A program made the translations under genes and the position numbers. A DNA stretch of 64,000 nt, from assembly GCA_024650005.2 (NCBI GenBank), contig CP122380.1, forward strand, positions 960,001-1,024,000, in the 5' to 3' direction. This DNA is from Candidatus Bathyarchaeum tardum. GTDB lineage: Archaea > Thermoproteota > Bathyarchaeia > Bathyarchaeales > Bathyarchaeaceae. Below, piece after piece: positions 21,358 through 31,338 of the stretch. The first letter of the stretch is position 1; the number at the start of each line of letters is the position of its first letter. The notes beneath the pieces were generated by a model. It ran no database searches and had not been told where the DNA came from. It saw nothing but the letters and a program-made list of their open reading frames with translations.

Positions 21358-22941
21358 GTGCACAAATTGAAGGTATTACTAGTAACTGGAGCCCTTGCCG
21401 AGGATTCTGTCAAACGTTATGCACAAAAAAGCAGTGTTGAAACTCAGGTTTTGAAGTTTCCGATTCAAGTAGCGGCGTTACTTAAACTGCCAAACATCGC
21501 AAAAGAACTAAAAAAAGTGAACCTAAAAGATTTTGATGCCATCTTAGTTCCAGGTCTGATTCTAGGTGATACAACTGTTGTTTCGGATGCTACTGGGGTT
21601 CCAGCTTTTAAAGGTCCACGTTATGCTGCTGATTTGCCTATTGTTTTAGATTCTATGGAAAAACTGGAGCTTTCAACCGTAACGCCTGCTTGTGATTTGC
21701 TTCGAGAAGAGCTTCAACGTAAAGCCTTACAACAGTTAGACTTGGTCGAACTAAACAAAGAACTGTTACTAAAAAACCCCGGAAACATGGTTATCAAAAA
21801 CTTGGCATTTGGTAAAGATTTCCCTATGAGAGTTATGGCTGAAATTGTTGATGCACCATTAATGTCTGTACAAGAACTTCAAAGAACAGCAAAACGATAT
21901 GTAAAATCTGGAGCTCACATAATTGATGTCGGTATGATTGCAGGAGATTCCCGACCTGCTGATGCTCAACAGGCAGTTGAAGCAGTTAAAGAAGTTGTGA
22001 ATGTTCCAATTAGTATTGATACCCTTGACCCTTTGGAATCACAGGCTGCTGTTTCTGCGGGAGCTGATTTAATTCTTAGTTTAGATGCAGGAAACATTGA
22101 TGAACTTTCTTCTTTTGCGTCTGAAGTTGCAGTTGTTGCTATTCCTACAAATCAACGGCAAGGATATTTCCCTAAAACTGTTGATGAACGAGTAGCATAC
22201 ATGGAGCAGATTATCGCAAAAGCCCGAAAACTTGGAGTAAACAACATTTTAGCTGATTTGATTGTTGAGCCGATGAACGTTTTGCGTTCTTTTGTAGCTT
22301 TTGGTGAGTTTGCTAAACGCAACCCTGAAGTTCCCTTGTTTGTTGGCACTACTAATTTTACTGAATTAATTGATGCTGATTCTGTGGGAGTTAACGCGTT
22401 GCTTGCTTGTTTGTCTTCTGAAGTCAATGGAAGCATTTTGTTGGCTACCGAAAAAAGCTCCAAGGCTAAAGGAACTGTACGAGAATTGGCTCTTGCATCT
22501 AAAATGATGTTTTTGGCAAAACAACGAGGTTCTGTTCCAAAAGACCTCGGTTTAGACTTGTTAATCCTCAAAGACAAAAGACTAAGACAGGAACCCTATT
22601 CTGCTGAAATGGAGGCAGACACCCAAGTTATTTTTGCAACAGAAACTCTTGAACCTGAAGTAATGGATGAAAAAGGAATTTTCAAAATCGCAGTAGATCA
22701 CATATCGGGGAACATAATTGCATTATATCTTCAAAACATCCAAACTGAAAAAACGTCAATTGTAATTAAAGGCAAAACGTCAGAAAACGTGTTTTCCAAA
22801 ATTGAAAAAATGAATCTAATAACTCGAATGGATCATGCTGCTTATCTGGGTCGAGAACTGGCAAAAGCTGAGATTGCCCTGAAAACAGAAAAAGAATACG
22901 TTCAGGACCAACCGTTGTTCAAGGATTTATCTGATTTTTGA
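21358..22941 (+). CDS. Dihydropteroate synthase-like protein (MJ0107 type) with DUF4346 C-domain
   Basis: AEIVDAP, SIDT, ELIDADSVGVN, PKDLGLDLLILKDK, HAAYLGRELAKAE. Confidence 0.88.
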   Translation: MHKLKVLLVTGALAEDSVKRYAQKSSVETQVLKFPIQVAALLKLPNIAKELKKVNLKDFDAILVPGLILGDTTVVSDATGVPAFKGPRYAADLPIVLDSMEKLELSTVTPACDLLREELQRKALQQLDLVELNKELLLKNPGNMVIKNLAFGKDFPMRVMAEIVDAPLMSVQELQRTAKRYVKSGAHIIDVGMIAGDSRPADAQQAVEAVKEVVNVPISIDTLDPLESQAAVSAGADLILSLDAGNIDELSSFASEVAVVAIPTNQRQGYFPKTVDERVAYMEQIIAKARKLGVNNILADLIVEPMNVLRSFVAFGEFAKRNPEVPLFVGTTNFTELIDADSVGVNALLACLSSEVNGSILLATEKSSKAKGTVRELALASKMMFLAKQRGSVPKDLGLDLLILKDKRLRQEPYSAEMEADTQVIFATETLEPEVMDEKGIFKIAVDHISGNIIALYLQNIQTEKTSIVIKGKTSENVFSKIEKMNLITRMDHAAYLGRELAKAEIALKTEKEYVQDQPLFKDLSDF

Positions 22942-22942
22942 A

Positions 22943-23701
22943 TTATAATTTATGCCCTGAAAGTAAGGAAGAGTTTTTGAGAACTCTTAGGAGTGGTGCT
23001 CCTACTAGTGTTCCAATTACGATTAACATCAGTCTTTCGATTGGATAAATTGGGAATATTAATGCCCAGTTTGCAGGGTATGAAGTTACAGGTATGAATC
23101 CTAATGGTTCTGCCATTATTGTTTCATAAAGCAAGTTTCCCATTAGGTGTTGCATCATGGTTCCAATAAAGAACATTATCGCTATTCCAGCAGCTATTTT
23201 TGGTGCATCATTTGTGTTGACCCAATTGACTAATTTGCGTCCAACAGGTGAAATTAGAACAACAAGGGCTACGATGTGTAGCCACGCAAAAGGAAGTAGA
23301 ACTCCTGAATAATCAACAAACACGCTAGTGTTTGGATGTATCAGAAAAACTGCTAACAGAATAACATTTAATGCAACGGCGTAAATCCATTTCTTTTTCA
23401 TGAGTAGCCCTAATGAAACTGCGCCTACAGTAGCAGGAAGAAAATCTAGGAACATGAAAACTACTGGTCTACCCATTGCCATTCCTAAGAATGTCCCTAA
23501 AACTATGCTTATTCCTCCGGTTATGGGTCCCAGTATTATTCCGTAGATTGGTGCTATTACATCTGATAATGAAAACCAGTTTCCTGATGAGCCAATCATT
23601 GGTAATGTGGGTACTACTCTAAGTACTGCGTATAAAGCAGTGAAAATTGCTATCAATGCTATCGTTTTTGGGTTTTTGAATTTCTTCAATATGTCTGCCA
23701 A
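22943..23701 (-). CDS. ECF transporter S-component-like membrane protein
   Basis: 'IALIAIFTALY', 'GIILGPITG' S-component pattern and multiple TM helices. Confidence 0.7.
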   Translation of the reverse strand: MADILKKFKNPKTIALIAIFTALYAVLRVVPTLPMIGSSGNWFSLSDVIAPIYGIILGPITGGISIVLGTFLGMAMGRPVVFMFLDFLPATVGAVSLGLLMKKKWIYAVALNVILLAVFLIHPNTSVFVDYSGVLLPFAWLHIVALVVLISPVGRKLVNWVNTNDAPKIAAGIAIMFFIGTMMQHLMGNLLYETIMAEPLGFIPVTSYPANWALIFPIYPIERLMLIVIGTLVGAPLLRVLKNSSLLSGHKL

Positions 23702-23908
23702 CTGGGCTACCTCAATTCAAAGTCGTTGTGTAATTTTTTACACAGTATGTGTTTGGGGTAATTAAGTTTTCCTCTGTTTGCAGAACTGCTTTCTTAGTTT
23801 TTTTGCAGAACAGCCCATTTTTGTGGTGGTTTGGGAATTAAAAAACAGTAATTATATAAGTTTGTATAATTATTTAATTTATAAAAACAGCAAGGAAACT
23901 GCAGAAAA

Positions 23909-24181
23909 ATGACCCAAAGCACATACACATATCATGAACCCCGACTTGATACAATTCTTATGGTAGAAAACACAATAAAAAAAAGCGGTTCATATTCAAC
24001 AAAAAAAGAACTTCTGGAGAGTTTACCTAAAAAGGTTCAATATCAAACATTCAACCGTATACTGCAGTATCTGGAAAGTTCAAATAAAATTATGTATGAT
24101 GGAAGAAGTATTATCTGGATTTTTCCAGACAACCCAAAATTAAAAAAACTGTTAGAGACAAGCGTGAAACTAGATTATTAA
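23909..24181 (+). CDS. Small winged-helix-like hypothetical protein
   Basis: 'PRLDTILMVE...LPKKVQYQT...ILQYLESSNKI' helix-turn-helix-wing layout. Confidence 0.7.
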   Translation: MTQSTYTYHEPRLDTILMVENTIKKSGSYSTKKELLESLPKKVQYQTFNRILQYLESSNKIMYDGRSIIWIFPDNPKLKKLLETSVKLDY

Positions 24182-24516
24182 TCAAGAATAGCCAAAACGT
24201 CGTTCATAGTCTTTGTGGCTTGAAAAAAACTCTAAGACAATAACGATTTTCTTTTCATTTTCTGCTAATATTTATAAATTAGACGGCTTTCTTTTCCAGT
24301 TTCCATTCTAAACAGATTATAAATTTCATATTTTGTTACATAAACTTTTGGCCATTTCTTTTTCTCAATTTTATTTCCAATGAGCATGTTTCCTTTAAGG
24401 AGATTCAAATTGTTTATTATTTTTTGGTAGAGTTCGCTTTCCTTATCTAAACTAGAAAAGTATGCTCCAAATTCTGAAGAGCCTCTTAATTCATCAGGTA
24501 CTTTGTTTTTTCTCAA
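24182..24516 (-). pseudogene. Frameshifted RelE/ParE-like toxin
   Basis: The ORF ends '...SRLIYKY*', but a shifted frame continues ILAENEKKIVIVLEFFSSHKDYERRFGYS* to 24182, completing a RelE-like C-terminus. Confidence 0.6.
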
Positions 24517-24796
24517 ACTGTCAACTATATCCTGTCTTGTTAGACTTTTTATAATTTTTTATATTTTTAATGTTATTTTTTTCCATGATAACTATTAAAT
24601 TCAAATTTAAAATTAAATATGAAAAATAATTTATTTGCGGGGAATAAAAATCCCTAAACCCTTTGAAATTTGATTTACCAAAAATTTACCTGTTCCCTCA
24701 CTTAAAAAAATGTGACGCCTACATAGTAACTGCGTTTATTCTCGAAAGTTTTAAGTGATTTAACGTGAAGGCATATTGGTCGAGGAATTAAAACAG

Positions 24797-25045
24797 TTGA
24801 GAAACAAGTCTTTAGGTGCTATACTTCTTGCGTTAGCCTTAGTAACTATGGTTGCATATTTTTGGTTGTTGTTTTTGGCACCACAAGATGCCATTTTCTT
24901 AGGACGAACCGCCGCCGAATGGGCAGTGCTAATTCCAGTGGTTATCATTGTTTATGCCGTTCTTATTGTAATTGCATGGATTGGATGGGCACTAGCTTCC
25001 ACTGCTCCGCCTCTTCCTGTTCCTGTAGAGTTTCACGAAAAATGA
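24797..25045 (+). CDS. Small two-TM archaeal membrane protein
   Basis: Two helices and a 'WIGWALASTAPPLP' tail; TTG start after GAGG. Confidence 0.65.
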   Translation: MRNKSLGAILLALALVTMVAYFWLLFLAPQDAIFLGRTAAEWAVLIPVVIIVYAVLIVIAWIGWALASTAPPLPVPVEFHEK

Positions 25046-25049
25046 ACCT

Positions 25050-25687
25050 GTTTTTTCCTCAAGCAAAATACTACAACAAATAAAAGAATAGCAATAACCG
25101 CCACCACTAAAACTATGGAACCAACGGGTCTAACTCATAAGGTTGGGGTTGCCAGACGTTAGTTTGTATTGCTTAATTGTAATGGAAAAATTGGAGTATG
25201 TCGATGTTGCTTCAACCAAAAAACCTGTTTCTTGGTCCCAATACCAAATGCTTTGAGGGTTATTGGCAGTTACCGTTGTTCGTTTTTCACCGGCGTATGC
25301 CCGTTCTTCGATTTTGCTGATGGTTATGGTTCCATAATTTTCTTCAGAAAATGTGTCCCCTTTAATTAGGTTTGCATGAATAATGAAAGCCTCTCCTAGT
25401 TTACCTGTTTCAAGATCAAGGCTTGCATATTCAATTTTTTCTGTTCCATCCAAAAACATGGACGTAAATTTGATGTCAACTATTTTTTCCCGTACATTAA
25501 TAACTTCAATTGATGCATTCTTTACATCATGCTCTGGGGGAACATCACCCGTGGTTTTTACGTGATATGCTATCATGTCCCCTTTTTTCACCCCAATAGC
25601 TATTTCTGCGAAAGCATTTGAAAAAAGGCAGAAAATAACCAGAGCTACGCTTAAAAAACAATGAAAAATGTTTGTTTCTTTAGCACA
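25050..25687 (-). pseudogene. Decayed secreted/anchored 'GVKKGD...WDxxTG' family protein
   Basis: The core ORF is 25130-25591. The signal-peptide start and the C-terminal TM anchor (IVLVVAVIAILLFVVVFCLRKK) lie in other frames, implying about 3 frameshifts. Confidence 0.55.
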
Positions 25688-25753
25688 TTAACCATTATAG
25701 AAAAGTCTTGATTCCATTTTTATGATTTGGGGACAAACCTGTGATTTACAGGT

Positions 25754-27841
25754 TTATTTATCGATGTAAACTTGGCTTTCTCCGTTTTCTTTTTCGATGC
25801 GGATTACATGCTCTGCTTTTTCAGCAAAAGATTCGTTATGCGTTACGGCAATTATTTGTTCAATAGAATTCAAACGGCTAACAGCTTCTGCCAGTCGGTC
25901 TACGGAGCCATCTTCTCGTCCTAAACTTTCTGTGGGTTCGTCCAGCAAAAGCATGTAAAGTCCATGACCTGTTTTTGCTTGCATAATTAACTGTCCCAAA
26001 CCAATCCGGTATGCAAAAGCAAGTAAGGTGCGCTCTCCCCCTGAAAGGTTTGAAACTTCCCGTTCATAGCCTTCTTGGCTGTTGACAAATGGTGAATATG
26101 TTTCGTCAATTTTGACGTTTAACGTGGGTCCTAGGTCGCCAACTAGGTTGTCTAGCATTTGTTGAACACTGAGTTGTAGATATGTTACAAACTCTTTTCG
26201 TAGTTTAGGCTGAATGCTTCTGTATGCAACCCGGATACGGTCTATTATCTCCAATAGTTTATAGATGCTTTCTTTGCGTTCAATTTTTTTTTGAACAATA
26301 TCTATCCGCTCTTTTAGTTCATCTACTCGGATAGCTAAATCATCTTTTTTTCTTTCCAAGTTAGTTAGTTCGTTCTTTGCGTCACGATGCACTGTAAGGG
26401 CAGTTTCCTTGTTTTTTCGGGCAAAATCCAGTTCAGCAACATCAAAATTGGCTATTTCTGTTCTAGTTTCCTCTAACTGTTTCTGCAGGTTTTTTTTATC
26501 CTCTTCTGCTTTTTGTATTTCCAAAGAGTTTTGAGCCAAAAATTCGTGTTTTTCATTAATTTGTCGTTTTGTGTCCTCGATTCTAAGAATAACCTGTTGC
26601 AGATTGGAAACTGCAGTGCTTGCTTTGCTTTGAACGTTTCTTAATTCATCCAGTTTTTCTTGCAGTTCAGTTAACAGTTTTTGTTTCTCAGCTTTTTCCT
26701 GTTGCAGATTATTTTTTAGGCTATCTTTATAATCACCCGTTAATTCTTGAAGGCACCGGGGACACTTGTTTTCTGCAACTATGCTCGAAATGTTTGCTTC
26801 TGACGTTTGCATTTCTCTTTGAGTGGTGCCTTGCTCAACACGGATAGTTCGTAATTGTTCTTCAATTCTTGATAACTGGTTTTGGTATTCCGTTAACGGT
26901 TTATCCAAATCCCAACCGATTTCTTGGAGTATTCTTTGGCTTTGTTCTTCTTTGGTTTCCATCTGGTTTATGAGGCGTTTTAGTTCGTCTAACCGTCTTT
27001 TTTCTGTTTCATTTTGAACTGACATTTTTTTTATTTGGTATCCAAGATTGCCAAGGTTAGTTTTTAGTTGAACTTGTTTTCTTTGTAACTCTTCGGTTGT
27101 TTTTCGCATTTCTTCTAAACTTTCAAGGCATGCAGAAGCTTTCATAAGTTCAGATTCAGCCTGTGCGAATTTTTGTTTTGCTTCATGGATTTGACCTGTA
27201 ATTGATGAGAATTCTTCAACTGCATTGATATAGTTCTCTTCAAGTTTTCCAACACGGATTACGTCAACGTCCCGTTCCAGAACTCTTTTTTCTACTTCGT
27301 ATTCTCTTTCAAATTGGTGCAAACCGCTCCAAGCAATATCATAGTTAGAAAGGCCAAAAAGTTTATCCAACTTTGTTTGACGCTGCCGTGGCGTGATATC
27401 TATCAATTCTTTAAGGTGCTCTTGGCGTACCCATATGATTTCACGGAAAATATTTTTGTCTAACCCCGTTAAGGCAGTTAATTCTTCGAGCACCGCGTCG
27501 TTTTTGTTGCTTGCAACTAGTTCGCCGTCTTTGTAAAGTTTGAGATGGTCGGTGTCTTGGCTGATGCCGTTTCCTTTTCTTTCTAGGGCTCTTTGAATCT
27601 TGTAATGTTTGCCGTTGTGAATAAACTCTGCAGTAACTTTTCCTTTTTGGGCGTCTTCCCGGAGCAAATAATCATAACTTCTGCCGATGGGGTCACCAAA
27701 CAAGACAAAATCAATAGCATACAACACCGTGGATTTTCCTTGCCCCAGTCCCCCTACTAAACAGTTGAATCCACCTACAAAGGGGACTACAGTTTTAACA
27801 TGGGACCTGATGTTTTCTAACTGAAGAGACTCTAGTTTCAA
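25754..27841 (-). CDS. rad50: DNA double-strand break repair ATPase Rad50
   Basis: Walker A GQGKS, coiled coil with central CPRC hook, LSGGE, LLDEPT, VTH. Confidence 0.93.
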   Translation of the reverse strand: MKLESLQLENIRSHVKTVVPFVGGFNCLVGGLGQGKSTVLYAIDFVLFGDPIGRSYDYLLREDAQKGKVTAEFIHNGKHYKIQRALERKGNGISQDTDHLKLYKDGELVASNKNDAVLEELTALTGLDKNIFREIIWVRQEHLKELIDITPRQRQTKLDKLFGLSNYDIAWSGLHQFEREYEVEKRVLERDVDVIRVGKLEENYINAVEEFSSITGQIHEAKQKFAQAESELMKASACLESLEEMRKTTEELQRKQVQLKTNLGNLGYQIKKMSVQNETEKRRLDELKRLINQMETKEEQSQRILQEIGWDLDKPLTEYQNQLSRIEEQLRTIRVEQGTTQREMQTSEANISSIVAENKCPRCLQELTGDYKDSLKNNLQQEKAEKQKLLTELQEKLDELRNVQSKASTAVSNLQQVILRIEDTKRQINEKHEFLAQNSLEIQKAEEDKKNLQKQLEETRTEIANFDVAELDFARKNKETALTVHRDAKNELTNLERKKDDLAIRVDELKERIDIVQKKIERKESIYKLLEIIDRIRVAYRSIQPKLRKEFVTYLQLSVQQMLDNLVGDLGPTLNVKIDETYSPFVNSQEGYEREVSNLSGGERTLLAFAYRIGLGQLIMQAKTGHGLYMLLLDEPTESLGREDGSVDRLAEAVSRLNSIEQIIAVTHNESFAEKAEHVIRIEKENGESQVYIDK

Positions 27842-29037
27842 AGGAACTCCTCCAGTTTTTCTTTCACTTTTGTTTCCTGTTTCGCAACCAAGGGACTAAT
27901 CAAATCAACTGCAAGGCGTGCAATTTTTTCACTTTCTTCCCGTTTGTAGTTTTCTGAAAAGATTTCAAAAAAATACTCATAAGCTTTGGTTGTCAGGTCT
28001 TTCATATCATTTCCGAAAATGGACTTGATTATATGCTCTGAAAGTTCAGTTTCCCTTAGACGAACTATCGGATGAACAAGAAGGGCTTTTTCTCCAGTTT
28101 TTCTTACTTTTGCTAGGTCAATTTCTCCACGAGTAGTTTCTGCAGGCAACACACCCTTGATAACTGGAACAACAATGGCGCCTTGCTCGTCGTTGTCTTT
28201 AACTAATTGTATAAGTGCTTCAGTAATTTTTGCTGGGGTCAAACCTGTGTAGGTTTGCTCTAAAATTACAAACTTGCGGGGAGTTTCCAAAGATATTCTT
28301 TCAATTTTTGGTTTACCCGTTTTATTTACGTGGACATGGTAGAAGCCTTTCTTTGTTTTTGCTTCGTCATAACTTGCTGTTTCTGTTCCGCCACTGTAAG
28401 CAATAATGCCTTTCTTGAACCTAGAATTATACGGCTTGTGAATGTGCCCCCCCGCATAATAATCAAAACCTTCAGGAAGATTTTCGGGGCTGGCTTCTGC
28501 CTCCATTTTTGGGGGTTTAACCGCTGGAATGTCTAATCCCATATGAAAAACAAGAATATTAAACAACGAGGGGTCAGGGGCGGGTTTGTATTTTTCTAAA
28601 AATTTTGGTAACTCTTCTTGGGTTCTTCGGGGGGTTCGAAAGTTTGGAATGCCATAAACGTAACAGTTCTCATTTTTCCAGCATGCCCCCTCATGGCGGG
28701 GCAAATACCAAACTAGACCTGCGCTGTCCAACGGATTAAGAATCGTGCCCGTAACTGCATTAGGAGCAGAATCATGGGAACCATCAACTGCCAAAACTGG
28801 AATTCCTGCATCTTTTAAGCGCCGAAAATTAGCAATCGCAACCTCAAGGGTAGAATTAGTTGGGCGTGCTTGCTCAAAAATGTCCCCTGCAATTATCATG
28901 AAATCTGGGTTTAACTGGATTGTTTTGTCCACTACCTCGGCAAAAGCATTGTTAAAGTCGTTACGGCGAACATCCAAATTATACTGAGCATAACCCAGAT
29001 GCAAATCTGCAGCGTGAACAAAACTAAAAGGCTTCAT
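27838..29037 (-). CDS. mre11: DNA repair nuclease Mre11
   Basis: ADLHLG, AGDIF, GSHD, GHIH phosphoesterase motifs; coupled to rad50. Confidence 0.93.
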   Translation of the reverse strand: MKPFSFVHAADLHLGYAQYNLDVRRNDFNNAFAEVVDKTIQLNPDFMIIAGDIFEQARPTNSTLEVAIANFRRLKDAGIPVLAVDGSHDSAPNAVTGTILNPLDSAGLVWYLPRHEGACWKNENCYVYGIPNFRTPRRTQEELPKFLEKYKPAPDPSLFNILVFHMGLDIPAVKPPKMEAEASPENLPEGFDYYAGGHIHKPYNSRFKKGIIAYSGGTETASYDEAKTKKGFYHVHVNKTGKPKIERISLETPRKFVILEQTYTGLTPAKITEALIQLVKDNDEQGAIVVPVIKGVLPAETTRGEIDLAKVRKTGEKALLVHPIVRLRETELSEHIIKSIFGNDMKDLTTKAYEYFFEIFSENYKREESEKIARLAVDLISPLVAKQETKVKEKLEEFL

Positions 29038-29332
29038 TCCTTCTTTTTTCTCCTGTTTTTTCCCCTTTAACTTGTAAACAGTAAATTGTGCTAGTGACAT
29101 TTAACTATACTTAAATGAACAAAAATGCGAATGAAAGAAGAAAAGCTTTCAGTAGCTAAATTTCAAGCATCAATACGAAGGTCTTTTTTTTAAAAAATAG
29201 GACTAAAATCAAATATCCAAAAAATTATTTTTTTCTTCACTGCACACATTTTGCTCTGATGGTTGCCTTTTGGATTTTTGTTCATCTAAATATATTAATT
29301 GAGGTACAATATTGAAAATAACTTTTTTCAGA

Positions 29333-30025
29333 TTATTTTTGTGCGACAACCATGGCGTGGGCTTTGTCGAAGGGCTCTAGACCGACTACTTGTTTGATGT
29401 TGAATCCTCGTGATTCTAAAATTGCGGTTTCTTTTCGGATAACTTCTGCAGGGTCTTTGGTTACATCTATGCTCTGAGCCTTAATCGCCAACATAACCCA
29501 GCCTCCTTCTGCCAAAAACATGTCAGCGTTATCTGCTAAAAGTTTAGCCTGTTCCGGTTGAGCTACATCACAGTAAATGGTGCTTACTTGCTCTACCATT
29601 CGAGAATAGGACTCAGGTAACCGTGCATCTGCAAGAATTGGAGACATGTTATACCGAAAAGCTACAACATTATTCACCAATTCACGCAAAGATCTAGACG
29701 CAAATTCTACACAGTAAACGTGGCCGTTTTCTCCAACTATGTCGGATATGTGGCTAGGTGTAGTCCCTGAAGCTGCACCCAAATACAAAACTTTCTGGTC
29801 AAGACAAACAGGAACCGTTTTCAAGCCCTTCAGTATGGCTGCCGCCAACTTACTTCGGAAAGGTTCCCATAGACGATACTCTGTTCCCTCAAACTTGATT
29901 AGACGCTCTCCGTAAACTGAGTTTCCAATAGCAAAGTTTTTGGTTCCTAACTTGCGGGAACCATCTTCCAAGGTAACCCAGAAAATTTCCTCAAAAGCCG
30001 GATGGGGTTTAACGTTTAGGTCCAC
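29333..30025 (-). CDS. flpA: Fibrillarin-like rRNA/tRNA 2'-O-methyltransferase
   Basis: YGERL, RSKLAAA, VLYLGAASGTT, DVAQPEQ. Confidence 0.95.
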   Translation of the reverse strand: MDLNVKPHPAFEEIFWVTLEDGSRKLGTKNFAIGNSVYGERLIKFEGTEYRLWEPFRSKLAAAILKGLKTVPVCLDQKVLYLGAASGTTPSHISDIVGENGHVYCVEFASRSLRELVNNVVAFRYNMSPILADARLPESYSRMVEQVSTIYCDVAQPEQAKLLADNADMFLAEGGWVMLAIKAQSIDVTKDPAEVIRKETAILESRGFNIKQVVGLEPFDKAHAMVVAQK

Positions 30026-31256
30026 GTTTATTTCTCCGGTTCTGCCTGCGGTTCTTTTGTTTTCCTTTAAACTCACGTTTTGTTGGTGCCGGAGTCGGCG
30101 GAGGATTCGGGTAACGTTCAGTGATTTCTTGTACTCTTTTTTCTAGGTCAGCTTTGAGATCGTCAGCAGCATATTCTCCTTTGAAAGCATCAACTCGGGC
30201 AGCAATGGTTATTTTTCCCGCCAAGGCGCGGGCAATTTTTCCCCGTTGCCAACGTTTGCCATCATGAATAAGGGGATGTTGAAAAATAATTCCATGCTTA
30301 GGGGGAAGTGCTTTAGTTTTCAATGACCTAAACAAGGCTTTTTCTGCACCCAAAATCTGCATAGTGCTTGCAGGCAGCTTCGCCAAGTTCATTAAACCTC
30401 CAGCAAGGGCAATCAAACGGCCACCCAGCAATGAGCCTGCTACTGCTTTGGTGTTTGGAGCCACTTCGTCCATTACTGCTTCGACGTAGTTTTCTAAATT
30501 CTGGCGCAAACTATACAATTCCAGTACATGACTGCACATGTATTGAATCTGAGCAAGGTCATCTTCGATTATATCTGCCCCCATAGAAGCTGCTGCTACT
30601 TCGGCTATCATTTTGGATTTGTTTTGTGGCAGTCCTTCTTGTTCTAGTTTTTCTATTGTGAAGTTTTCTTTTCTGCCTAACTTAACTACAAGACGGGAAT
30701 AGGTTTCATGTTTTTCGAGCAATCTATCCAATTCAGGAAAATGCAGACCGTACCATTCACGTATTCTGCCCATGAACAAATTCAAAGATTTATCCAAGTC
30801 GTCAACAGACAAAACAGCCTGAGCTACCAGCATGTCTCTTTTTTCTACGACCTTTTTGACTTTGATTTTTGCAAGTTCCATAGAAACTTTGTGAAGATGC
30901 GCTCGAAGCTGTTCAGGTTTTTCAACAAATCCTGAATCTAAAGCGATTGTTACTAAATTTTCACGAAACAGGCTGCCCGCCTCTGAGGACGGCTCTACAG
31001 AAACTTCAATGTTTAATTTTTCATTGGCAGAAATTGCCATCTTTTGGTTTTCAAAAACAAATTGAGTGTAACCTTTCTTTTTCAGATTGTCAATTAACCC
31101 CGAAATTTCATCAATAAGTATTCCGTCTTCAATTTTTTTGAGCCGTTCTGCAGTTTCTACTGCATCCTTGGGAAAAAACATTTTTTCAACAAGTATGTTG
31201 TCTTCGCCAAAACCAAAGGCGCCCATCACAGATTCTACTATTGTAGCTTTCACCAT
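30009..31256 (-). CDS. nop5: C/D box RNP protein Nop5
   Basis: REWYGLHFPEL, QILGAEKALF, PKHGIIF, RGKIAR. Confidence 0.95.
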   Translation of the reverse strand: MVKATIVESVMGAFGFGEDNILVEKMFFPKDAVETAERLKKIEDGILIDEISGLIDNLKKKGYTQFVFENQKMAISANEKLNIEVSVEPSSEAGSLFRENLVTIALDSGFVEKPEQLRAHLHKVSMELAKIKVKKVVEKRDMLVAQAVLSVDDLDKSLNLFMGRIREWYGLHFPELDRLLEKHETYSRLVVKLGRKENFTIEKLEQEGLPQNKSKMIAEVAAASMGADIIEDDLAQIQYMCSHVLELYSLRQNLENYVEAVMDEVAPNTKAVAGSLLGGRLIALAGGLMNLAKLPASTMQILGAEKALFRSLKTKALPPKHGIIFQHPLIHDGKRWQRGKIARALAGKITIAARVDAFKGEYAADDLKADLEKRVQEITERYPNPPPTPAPTKREFKGKQKNRRQNRRNKRGPKR

Positions 31257-31338
31257 TTTCCCATCCGATAATGCACTATATTATATGCTTAACATTTATC
31301 TTTGCAGTGGATAACCTTTACTACAAGAGGAACAACAA

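Noticed and set aside
23777-23811. Direct repeat TTTGCAGAAC x2 upstream of the S-component
   Set aside because: Only two 10-bp copies and no recognisable riboswitch fold, which is insufficient to call.
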